Of a DNA stretch of 64,000 nucleotides, positions 1 to 20,300 are shown one piece after another. The position numbers and the translations under genes were made by a program. A model generated the notes under the pieces. It was not told the origin of the DNA and did not search any database. It saw only the letters and a program-made list of their open reading frames with translations. This stretch comes from Antechinus flavipes (lineage: Eukaryota): the NCBI RefSeq assembly GCF_016432865.1, contig NC_067398.1, positions 117,180,001 to 117,244,000 of the forward strand, read 5' to 3'. How positions within the stretch are numbered: position 1 is the stretch's first letter; every line of letters begins with the position of its first letter.

Positions 1-290
1 ACTCACCCTTTCCATTTTCCCTGTTCTCACCATGCCAATCTCTCAGGCTCATGACCCAGAAGTCATGCAGGATTCCTCACTTTCTCTCACCCCTTTATAT
101 ACAAGCTATTAGCAAGTGCTTCCAATTTCACCTTTATAACATTTCCCAAATATGTCTCCTTCTCTCTTCTGACATTGCCACCAAATCTGACACAGCTCCC
201 CAGTATTCCACACCTGGATTATTGCAATAACCTGCTTCAAGTTTCTCTGGATTCTTCATTCTCTATTCAGCCATTAAAAGTGATATGGGG

Positions 291-445
291 GAGGGGGGAG
301 CAGGCACCTAGGTGGTGCAGTGGATAGAGTATCAGCCCTGAAGTCAGGAGGACCTGAGTTCAAATCTGACCCCAGACACGTAACACTTATTAGCTGTGTG
401 ATCCTGGGCAAGTCACTTAATCCCAATCCCCCCCCCCCCAAAAAA
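291..445 (+). mobile_element. WSINE1-type SINE, full length
   Basis: tRNA-derived head (ggtggtgcagtggataga...gagttcaaatc), CORE, A tail; 15-bp TSD aaaagtgatatgggg at 276-290 and 446-460. Confidence 0.85.
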
Positions 446-499
446 AAAAGTGATATGGGGTCCTAATTGGTAAAAATCTTAACACGGGTTTCAGGGATC

Positions 500-1360
500 C
501 TATTGATGTAGAACAATAAGTGTAGTGAAATTGAAAAGGGGTGGGGGAGTTAAAGTGTATTAAGATTGTGAAAGTAGGAAAGGGACAGGTTGTGAAGAAC
601 TTTATATGCCAAGAGGTTTTATATTTGATACTGGAGGAATTAATGGGAAATCCCTGGATCTTATGGGAGGGAGCAGGATTCATATGGTCAGATCTAGACT
701 CTTTTTTTTTTTTTTTTTGCTGAGGCAATTGGGATTCAGTGATTTGCCCAGGATCACACAGCTAGTGTTAAGTGTCTTAGACCAGATTTGAACCATCTAA
801 CTTCCCCAATACCTACACCTTAGAAAAATCATTTTATTGTCTGGGTGGAGAATGGATTGGCCTGGGAGACGAAGACCACCAATGTACTGCACTAAGTTAA
901 GTGTGAGTAGAGGTAAGGAGATGTATTTGAGTGATGTTGTGAAGTAGAAATGACAAGATTGGCAGATGGGATGTGAGATTAGTGTAAAGCATAGAGGATA
1001 ACACAAGTTGTGAGTCTGGGTAATTGAGAGGTCTGGGTACCCTTGAAGGAGAAGAGTGAATTTGAGGGAAAGCTGAATTCCATTTTGAACATGTTGAGAT
1101 TGAGAAAGCTGCCATCAATATTTGAGATGTGTAGACAGCCACAGTTAGTGGGGAAACTCTGGTTTCAAATTTACTTACTCTGACCCAAACTCTTCTGCTG
1201 ATTTCTAATTTTTCAGATGTCTTAAATTCACTATATCCCAAAATCCTCATTCTTTTCCCCAACTCACCCTCTCCATTTTCCCTGTTCTCACCATGCCAAT
1301 CTCTCAGGCTCACAATCCAGGAGTCATCCAGGATATCTCAAGGATTCCTCACTTTCTCTC
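500..1360. mobile_element. Old L2 LINE remnants in both orientations, with an antisense WSINE1 fragment at about 703-795
   Basis: L2-like phrases (ttttgaacatgttgagattgag on plus; reverse-orientation equivalent near 1200-1360). Bounds approximate. Confidence 0.55.
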
Positions 1361-1616
1361 ACCCCTTCATCAGCCCTGAAGTCAGGAGGACCTGAGTTCA
1401 AATCTGACCTCATATACTTAACACTTCTTAGCTGTGTGACCCTGGGCAAGTCGCTTAACCCCAATTTCCCTCTCCCCCCCAAAAAAAAAAGGGAAAAAAA
1501 AGTGATATGGGGTCCTAATTAGTAAAAATCATAACAAGGGTTTCAGGGATCCTATTAATGTAGAACAATAAGTATAGTTAAATTGAAAAGAGGAGGAAGT
1601 TAAAGTGTATTAAGAT

Positions 1617-1955
1617 TGTACAAGACCCGTCAGCCCAGAGGGAACCTGCTAACAATGTCTGGTTCAGCTCCCCATCTCCCCTAAGAGTTCTCGGCCTTCC
1701 TGAGAAGTCAGGGGATGGTGACAACCTGTGTTGAGATTGAAGCAGAGTGATACTAGGTGGCAATCTACATAAAATAGCAAATGGTTCCTGTGGTCCCATG
1801 TGCACAGTGTTGTTTTTGTTACATTATAAAAAGGGGAAAGTCCTTGGAATAAACGGACTCCATTTTCCTACCATCCTCAGGAGTCCCACCTCATCACTTC
1901 TCCACTAGGAGTGTATATTCTAATCACTTCGGTGTGGGGGCTCTAGAAACCAACA
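1617..1955 (+). mobile_element. Probable solo LTR
   Basis: TG start, TATAAAA near 1825, AATAAA near 1848, CA end. No convincing TSD found. Confidence 0.5.
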
Positions 1956-2867
1956 GTACATTTTGTCACCCCAAAAAGGGAGCTTTAGAAAGTGGGACAC
2001 AACAGAATCGCAGATTATAGTAGATCTAAAAATCATTCAAAGAGATGGAAGTGGAACAGATTGAAAGTTTATGAGATCACCAAGTAAGATAGCATAGACG
2101 GGTAAAAATCCAAAGACAAAGTTTTGGAGGACATCCCTTGGCATGGATGTGGCCTGGATGGAAGACCTAGCAAAATGTCAGACAGGTAAGGAGAAAGGAA
2201 GTAGCAGTGTCATAAAACCTAGTAAGGGGGGTATATCTGGGAGGAGAGAATGATTATCACTATCAAAGACTGCCAAGAAGTCAAGAAGGATGACTATTGA
2301 GGAGAAGCTTTAGTAATTAAGATATCCTTGCTAACTTTTGTTTGTCTTCTGCTTTTCACACGTGACTGAAATATCCATCCAGGTGCCAAATCTTGTCAAT
2401 TCTCTTTTTATAATATCTCTCCTATGTGTCCTATTTTCTCTATTCACACCATCACCCCCTCCACCCCATCCTTCCTTGAGGCCTTCATCAACTCTTACCC
2501 AAGTATTGCAATAGCTTCTTCAGTGAATTTCCTTACTTTTCTCTCCTCTTTCCAATATAATCTTCACACAGCTACCAGTAATTTTCCTGAAGCAAGAGTC
2601 TGACCATGTTGATCCCCTCAAAAACTTCCAGTGGTTCTTCAAGGAAGACCCTTGAAGGAAAAAATTATTTCAAGGCAAAAACACAATCCTTAACAATCTA
2701 GCTCCAACCTACTTTCCAACTGTCACATATTCCTTGGTCTAGCTAAAAGAACCTTCTTGCTAGACAGCACAGAATATTCCATCTTCCATCTCCTTGCCTT
2801 TGCAGGTCTATACCCTGATTGAAATGAATACCACTACTCTTCGGTTCCTGTTTATTTCAAAGTTCAG

Positions 2868-3070
2868 ATCTGGAGTCAGAAAGATCCAGATTCAAATATG
2901 GCCTCAGATACATAATAGCTGTAGGCCCTGGACAAGTTAATTTCAGTTTATCAACTGAAAAAATGGGCATAATTGAGAGCACCTATCATCAGTGTCAATG
3001 TGAGGGTCTCATGGGATATTTGTAAAACACTTACCACATCTTGATACACAGTAGGTGCCTTATGCTTATT
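2868..3070 (+). mobile_element. MIR/MAR-type CORE SINE
   Basis: ggagtcagaaagatccagattcaaat...ggacaagtt...aaaatggg...gtaggtgc pattern. Confidence 0.65.
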
Positions 3071-3659
3071 CCCTTAAAAGCTCTACTCAAAAGCCACCTC
3101 ATAGATAAAGCCTCTCTTAAGCTGCTTTATATATCATCTACCTCCCTTCAAAAAATTCATAACCTTGTATTTATTTAGTAAATATTTAGTAAATGTTCGG
3201 TCATTTGACAGAAGAGTGACTTACTAAAGTTATAGGAGAATTTGAATCCAGGCCCTCATTTTTTACCATACTGCCTCCAACTATGTCATTTGCTACTTCA
3301 TTTCTGTTTTGGATCTCTACTGTCCAGCATAGTGCAGAAGTTTAGTAAATTATTATTAGAACCATTAGTGTTCTGTTTTCCTCTAAAGTCAAACTTTTAT
3401 CAATTTATTGCAATAGATTTCATATGATCATATGATCTAGTTGCCAACTATCTATTGAAAGAGATACTCTTCTTCCAATCCTTTTATTTTACAGAAGAGC
3501 AAACACAAGGATGGATAAGTGCCTCAAGGTAACTTCTAGGAAACGACCAAGCCCTGTGCTCTTTTCACAACACTTCCTTGACCTAACCTCTAACCTCCTC
3601 TATCAAACTTTGCCATTTTCTACTCTGATTAAGTAGGAACAATGAAAGATTAAAAATTG

Positions 3660-4140
3660 GTTTAGAATGCTTTTTGTAGTGGCAAAGAATTGGAAAATGA
3701 ATAGATATCCATCAATTGGGGAATGGCTGTATAAGTTATGGTATATGAAAGTAATGGGTTATTGGTCTATAAAAAATGATGAACAAGCTGATTTTTGAAA
3801 GGCCTGGAAAGATTTACTGATTGCTGATACTGATGCTGAGCGAAACAAGAACCAGGAATACATTGTACATAGTAACAGCAAAATTGTGCATTGACTTAAC
3901 TATGAAAAATTTGGCTCTTCTCAGCTGCTCAGTGATCCAAGACTATCCCAATAAATTTGGATGGAAAACGCCATCTGCGTGCAGAGAGAGAACTATGGAA
4001 ACAATGTAAATCAACACACTCTATGTTCATTTCCCCCCTTTTTCTCTCATGGTTTTTCCTTTTTGTTGATTTTTTTCTCTTCCAACATGATGCATAAGGA
4101 AATGTATTTTAAAGACTGAATGTACATGTATAACCGAGGG
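3660..4140 (+). mobile_element. L1 3' fragment (ORF2 tail and 3' UTR), degraded
   Basis: gtagtggcaaagaattggaaaatg...ccatcaattggggaatggctg is the marsupial L1 ORF2 end. Confidence 0.8.
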
Positions 4141-5559
4141 GGTAGGGGTAGGGAATTTTTAAAAAATCTTCTGTTTTATAATAATTTGTCACATTGCAAG
4201 GTGGACCTCATGAAAGAATTTTGTAAATCTTAAATAATTATAAAAACATGAAATATCGGTATACCTGGTGAACTTTTTATAGCCAGGACAAAATCACAGA
4301 AAGTATCAGTTAAATATAAGACTTATCTGCTTAAAATTTCTAATTTGTATAAGAATATCAATTTCATCAAAATTTCTTCCCCAATCTATAATAATATAAA
4401 TATTGCAATGTAAGTAAGGTTTGTGGATAAAGAGTAAGAACATAACGTGCTTCCTTTGATCATAATTTGTTGTATAGACAATTATATAGATGTGTTTCAA
4501 CACAGTATAAGAAACCAAGTATTCAACTTGGGAGTTGGAAGACTGAGCTAAGGCAAGAAAAATTCATTAACAGAAGACTGGTCAAAGCAGAGTGAACATT
4601 TTTAACTACAGGCTAAATCTGTCCAGAGAAATGTAAAAAATCTTAAGATCTATTAGTGGAATCTCCATCCTTAACAAAAATAAAATGCAAGTATTACATC
4701 AAAAGCAATTAAAGACTGATTTTTAGATACTTCCTTTGGGACAATAATAGGAATAAAAAAGTTATAAAATGTAGCTACTTTTATGAAAAAAAACTTTTTG
4801 AAAAGTGTCTATGGTGTTTTCCCAAAGGCAAAACAGTCCAAAGTGGCATCTTAGACAATTTTAATGGGCACTTTAATGCATCTTATTAATTAGGGAAGTA
4901 TAATAATCACATCAATAAGATTATTCCTTAGTGTTAATTGTAGAGAAGGAAGAATAGAGAGAGAACCGGGGGTAGATGAGTGTTGTTTGATAGTCCATTG
5001 CCATATAGTACCTAGGAACTTTGTATACCCTCTCCGTAATGAAACAAAAATAAGTTTATATTATTCATTGGGGAGGAAAGATTGTTTTGAGTCCCTGCTA
5101 TGGAAGCCTCATCCCAAACCACCTTAACTTTTAGATGGCAGCATAACCCTCATTGGCTTCCCTTAGTTGGGCATATTCAGAACTTCAGATGTTTCTTTTA
5201 ACTTCCAAATGTATCTGCTGACCCTTGTTATGCCTCGTACACATTTCTTCAGCAGAAACTGGACAGTGAGCTATTTGATAAAATATGTTGTTAATGGGAA
5301 GACATAAATGTCAAACTTCAGCACCTGTCTGGCAGCCTGATGTTGAAAACTTCGTTTAGAGGTAGAAGACAAATTATATGGATTTTCCTGGACATTTTTC
5401 CAGGACCCTCAACTATCCACTAAGTCCCATTGTAAGAAGAACATTCATTAAGTCTCTCTTGCATCCAATTCCAGATGAAGGTTCTACAGAAGCCACAGGA
5501 GAGTATATCCTCTAGCTGATTCTGTTCCCAGGCTATAGGAAAGGCTCCAAAATGGGTCA

Positions 5560-14319
<8,760 letters not shown>

Positions 14320-14864
14320 GGTGGACTGCTCAGCAATCAGAGCTGTCAAAGACTGGCCAGGCAGGAGATCACGGCGGCCTCATCAGACTTCGGAGAGGCA
14401 GACGGGAGGTCCGGCGGGCCCCCACGCTGTCCACGTTTCCCCTCCTCCCCCGAGGCAGCAGGCCGAAGTTACCACAGCCCCGCCTGAGCCGCCGGGGCTG
14501 AGCAGCCCGGAGCGAGACAAACAGGTACCAGTTTAGGAGTCACGTGGTCCTCTCGAGGCCCTTCCTGTCAGGTGGACCTGCCCTTCCGGCTACTCTCTGG
14601 ACGTGAGGCGAGACTAAGAAGCTAGGAGAAGAGCGCAAGGGGGCAGGTCGGGCGCCCGAATCCACGCTCACGGGCGTCCCGGACTGACGGCATCTGGCCC
14701 GATGTAAATCTTGCCGGCTCTTGCTGCTGCTCCAAAGCCGCTTCGTCCCTTGCCAGTTGAAGGCTGGGAGACCCCGCTGACACTTGCCAGTAACAAAGAT
14801 GGCAACATCAGCGTCATGTTCCTTCCGCAAGTTTGCCTTTAAAATACTCACGTAGAGGGATAGT

Positions 14865-15001
14865 TAGGTGGGCCGTGGATAGAGCACCAGCCCTGAAGTC
14901 AGGAGGACCCGAGTTCAAATTTGACCTCAGACACTTAACACTTCCTAGCTGTGTGACCCTGGGCAAGTCACTTAACCCCAATTGCCTCAGAAAAAAAAAA
15001 A
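14865..15001 (+). mobile_element. WSINE1-type SINE at the upstream edge of the CLN3 CpG island
   Basis: Near-consensus sequence ending cccaattgcctcagaaaaaaaaaaa. Confidence 0.85.
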
Positions 15002-15679
15002 TCCTAAAGTAAATAGTGCAAGAAGTGAATGCGATCCCTTCGCCCTCCAGTCTCTCCCACTGAAGTTATCCTGGCCCTCTCATCTTAGCCTCTTATCGCA
15101 CCCCACTTCATGTCGGGAGAGCTTGGGCCAAGCAGTGAAGCCGGAGGCAGGGAGCCTAAATGCAATTCCATCCAAACCCTAGCTGCCAGGGGGCCCTGGA
15201 AGTCTTGTCTTCACCTATTCTCTGGAGCCAAGTTTCCTCACCAGGCAGCCTTAATGGATCCCTGTTAAAAAAGGGATTTGTAAACCTTAAAGGGCGAAAT
15301 AAAGATGAACAGGAGGCAGCTAAGTAGCAAAAGGATGAAGTGTTCGGCTCTCAGGTCAGAAAAATCTGAGTTTATATGCAGCTTCAGACACACCCTAGCT
15401 CTGGGATCCTTGGCAGGACCTCATCTATAAAAGGAGCATAATAGTCTCTCTGTGTCTGTGTTTGTGTCTCTCCCCCAACAAAGAAGAGCAAAGATTTTAA
15501 TCCAATATTAAAATTGATATATCATATCATAAAGGTTAATACCGGTGTGTTTTTCTTTTGGATTACATATGAGGGAAGGAGGCAATTGTGGTAAATTTAT
15601 GAAATATTGTATGATGATGATTTTCCATTGTAAAGCCTACACTTAGCACAGGTGAGGGTATTTTCCAGGGCAAGCCCAA

Positions 15680-16100
15680 AGATGTATTGGAATATTATTG
15701 TTCTATAAAAAATGATGAACAAGCTGATTTTAGAAAGGCCTAGGAAGAGTTACATGATTTGATGCAGAATGAAACAAATAGGATCTGGAATACATTACAC
15801 CCAGTAACAGCAAGAATGTGTGATGATCAACTATGACAGATGTGGTTCTTTTTAGCAGTCCAATGATCCAAGGCAATTCCAGTAAACTTTGGATGGAAAA
15901 ATGCTATCTGCATTCCGAGAGAGAACTATGGATCCTGAATGTAAATCAACAACACATATTATATTTATACTATATACTTTTTTCCCTTTTTTTTTCTCTT
16001 GTGATTTTCTCCTTTTGTTCTGAATTTTCTTTTCCCAACATGATTCATAAAGAAATGTGTATTTAAAAAATTAATATACATGTGTAACTAGGAAAAAAAA
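15680..16100 (+). mobile_element. L1 3' fragment
   Basis: Similar to the 3760-4140 segment (tgatgaacaagctgatttt...ggatggaaaa). Confidence 0.75.
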
Positions 16101-16949
16101 ACAATAAAAAGGGGGAAATAAGAACTCAGTGCTCTGAACTGTGATTATCCCTTGCTTGCCCCACTACTATGTGTTCCAGAATTCTCTTGAATATAGAGTC
16201 CCAAAAAAGTAACCCCAGACTAAAAGCATTAGACCAAATAGTTTAGACCAAGAAGACACTGTAGTTTAAAAGAGATTTAAATAACATAGCAAGATAAATG
16301 AGAACTCCACCTATCTTTGCTCATACACAGGGATGTACAGATTTTCACATGTTTTTTCTACATATCAGTATTCTAAGTCATCCTGATTAGAATTCTCTGC
16401 CTCTGTACCTACCATTTGTTTCTACCCCATGTTTTTTATTCTGGTGATGTCATCAACTTGTCATAAATACAGATGTCCTCAGTTGAGCTCCCCCGAGCTC
16501 TACTGCCATCTGTTGGTGGTCTCTGACCACTGGAGAAGAGGGGATTCAACTTTTTTTTTTTTTTTAGTCCATAACCCAGGACTATTTCAGTTCTTTATTC
16601 ATTTAACTTTTCTTTTCTCAGTTCTTATATAAATCAGACTTTTCATGGGCACCTAGCCAGCAGGAGCCCTTAGGTTAATGTGACATCTGTTTCTTGAAGT
16701 ACTTTACTTCTAAGATGCCATTTTCTGAGCTCAGTCTTCTATTTGACTTAGAGTAAACACATCTCTCATCTCCCGACAGTGACCTCAATGTTAGCATGGG
16801 TCCATGGGCTCACACCGGGGAGTTTCACCAGTAAGATTGGAGGGATAAGGTGGAGCTGGTAACCATTGCCTTGACTTCCCACACGCACAAAACTCACCGT
16901 TCTCTATTTCTTTCCCCTTCCCCCACTCAGTCTCTCATCTTAGATGGAA

Positions 16950-17373
16950 GCAGGAACCACAAACCCCAACTTCCTCTCCCAGAAAGGCCTGTGGTTTGAG
17001 TTGGGGATAGGGGGTGCTGAAACGGCTGAGGTGTATTAGCACAGGCCGTGAGTCACCAAAGCTTTAGTTTCCATGTTTCTCCAATCTTGACAGCTTTCTG
17101 CATTTTTCTTTTCTCTCCAACCCCATTTGCCCTCTCCCCAGTTTGCATCCTGCAGCCTATCCTTCATGCATTTACAACTCCGAGATTTCAAGGTGGACTA
17201 GGTGGGGGTTTACAGGTTTGTGCTGGTTGAAGTACCGGACTCTAAAGCCTGTGGTGTTGGGGGTGAATGGGAGGGGTCAGGGCAGAAAAGGAAGTAGCAA
17301 CACTAGGGGAAGGCAGGATGACTGGGGAGGGGAAGGTCATTACAGGCTTTCTGGATGGACAAAGGACAGAGAG
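16950..17373 (+). promoter_or_regulatory. Putative APOBR promoter with myeloid-type motifs
   Basis: RUNX-like AACCACA 16955-16961, TGTGGTT 16990-16996 and TGTGGT 17250-17255; AP-1 TGAGTCA 17049-17055; ETS AGGAAGT 17289-17295. Motif matches only. Confidence 0.5.
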
Positions 17374-20300
17374 ATGGAACTCCTGAGGCTCCACTTCCCT
17401 GGGGTGCACCGTGCCCTGAGGGAGGCTCTGGTGAGAAGGGCAAGGAGATGCCAGGGCTGTAGACCCTTTCCCATCCCAGAATCCTAGATCTATGCTTTGG
17501 GGAATCAGATTTCTTACCCTCCTCCCCCAAGATCCCGGTCCCATTTAAAAGATCCTTTTCCTCCTGGAATCTCACACCTCTGTTTCTTGTTTCTTCCAGT
17601 TTTCCTGATACCATCACCTTCACTCTCAACACAGACACACTTTTTTTGTCTGTGTTCGTTTTGTCCTTCCTCTTGCTGCAGGATTTACCGCACCCAATAC
17701 CCTTCCTCCACTTTGAAGACCTCTCACAGCTACTTTCCCTTTGTGCTCTGAAGTCTGCTTTCTTTCGGTCTCTCTCCTTTCTGCTGAAATACCCCTCTCA
17801 ACTGAACTCCTTACTCTTCTTATCCTAGTACCCGGGGTTTCTCCTCCCCCCCCCCAGAATCATAATGTAACTGGAAGAAAAAGTTGAAGTTTGGAGGGTC
17901 ACTACACTCTACTTCTTTGCCCTCATACCTCACCTCTGCCTCCTTTTCTCATTCCAGGACTCCCTAAGCACCTTTGCTTCCTACCTCTTAGGGGACACAG
18001 TTCCCTCTGCAGAGGGGAGGGGAGGGAACCTCAGCACGAGAGATGGGGGCAGAGGGAAGGAGCTCGGGGAAATGACTGCAGGAGGAAGCCAGCAAGATGA
18101 GGCGCCTAAGGAAACACTGGAAAAGGGAGAAGTGATCAGAGACCTGGAAGATACTTTTTTCTCTAGAGGGTCAGAGACAAGAGGGGCTTGGGATAAAGGG
18201 GAAGAAAAAAAAGCCAGGAGAATACAGGAATCAGAAGCGGAAGAAATCTGGGAGATAGGGAAAGAGGTTGGGGTAGACCTGGATGAGGAGATGACCAGGG
18301 TCTGTACAACTTGGGACAGCAGCAACAAGAATTCCAAAGAAGCTAAAGGAGAAATCAGAGGGCACCACAAAATAGAAGTGGGAGAAGCTTGGTGTATGAT
18401 GGGGACAGAGCCCAAGCAAGGACAAAAGACAGATGCAGTAGAGGCTAGAGAATGCAAAAAGGAAGGGATCTTGGCTGAAGAATACTTGGAAACAAAAGGG
18501 TTTGCCTCAGAAGAAAAGGATAGCAGAGAGCCTAAAGCACAAGGCAGGAAAAATCAGAACTCCAGCAAAAAGGAAGTCAATGTAGGGAAGGCTGAGAAGT
18601 ACTGGAAAGGGGAGGAAACTGAGCCTGTGGGAGAACAGAAGGAAGAAACGGAGGAGATAAAGCCAGGAGATCTTGAAGGAAGGGCTTTGATAGCCTCCGG
18701 GGCAGAGTCTGAAAATCGAATAATCTGGGAAAAGGAAAAGGAGGAGAGGAGAGCCCAGGAGTTGGAAGGAAATGTCAGAGACTGGCAAGAGGCAAAAGAA
18801 GGTGAGAAAGCCCAAAGGATGAAAAAAGGTCATGGTCAGAAGATAGGAATGGAAACTGGGAAAAGTCATGAGATCAAGGAGGCACCTAATGGAGCTGTGC
18901 AGGGAGAATTTGGGAAAGACACGATAATTGAAAAACAGGAGGTGGAGAAGCATGAGATCAGAGAAGCTCAGGAGACCCAGAGGATTGGGATCAAATGGGA
19001 AAAAAAGGAAATGGACAAGGAAGTGGCTTTGGAAGTCCAAGGGCTAAATCCCATAGAGAGAGATCTAGAAAAGCTACAGGGAGTCCAGGAGCCAGGAGAA
19101 GAGGCTGAGAGAGGAGACAATGTAATGTCTGAGATCTGGATAACTTCAGTCAGGGAGAAAGCTGAGTCCAGGGAAGTTGTAAGGTTAAGGGCAGCAGAAA
19201 CAAGTCCCAAAAAAGAGGATGAGGAAGCCTGGAAGGCAGATAAGGAGAGCGGTACAAAATGGAACATGGAAGTGATTCAAAGGGGCTGGGACACAGAAGA
19301 GACTTCCGGGGAAGATTTGGAGAGCAGGAAAGAGGAGAGGGAGACTGAGGAAAGCCCATTCCCAAAGCAAGTTCAAATCCAAAGAACAGAGAGAGAGGAA
19401 GAAGCAGCAGATTTCTGGGTCCTGGGAAAAAAGGAGATTATAAAAGTTCTAGAAGAAGAGGTGGAAGTGGAAGGAAGTTCAGGCTCGGAGGGAGAAGCTG
19501 GGGAACATTGTGAGAATCAGTCAGGGCAAACCATAGGTCAAGACATTAAGGAGACTAATTTATGGGAGGGAACACTCAATAATGTTAGTAGGAGCAAAGA
19601 GAGAGAGTCGGTGGAAGCTGAAGAAGTCATGGGAGGCTGTAAACTAGAACCTGGGAGCTCCCAGAAGGTTGAGCAGACAGAAAGAATAGCTGATTCAGAT
19701 GAGACCTCAGTAACAAGACCAGACAAAGAAGCAGGGAGAGCCAAGCTAATGAGAGAGGAAGAGGTAGGAAAAAGCCAAGAGCTGGAAGCAAAGGACAAGG
19801 AAAGCCATGAGACTGAGAGGGTCAGGGAAGAACAGGACTCTGACGAGATTGGGGCAAACTGGAACATGGAAGCAGAAACTGGGAGAGCCCAAGAGACAGA
19901 GAAAGAGCCTAGCAAAGTTCAGGATCTAATGGAGGAAGAACTCAAAGGAAAAGAGGAAGAAGAACCATTTAGAATTTCAGAGGAAAAGATTTTGGAGGGC
20001 TGTGAGGTAGAAACCTATAGTGCCCAGAATATTAAGAACACAGAGAATGGAAATGTCCAAGAAGTGAAGAAACATGATTCCATGGCAGTAGAAGGCTGGA
20101 AGACAATGGAAGGGGAGTTTGAGAGCTGCCAAGTGATGGAAATAAAAGACAAGGGAGGCAGTGAGGATGAGGAAAAAGTTTTCATTCCCCAGACTAGAGA
20201 AGACAAGGGAAACCAGGAGACTAAGGAAAGCCAAGGGTTCAAAGAGCAAGAAATCCCAACAGCAGAAGTTAATACTAGCAGGGAACCAGGGGAACCAGGG

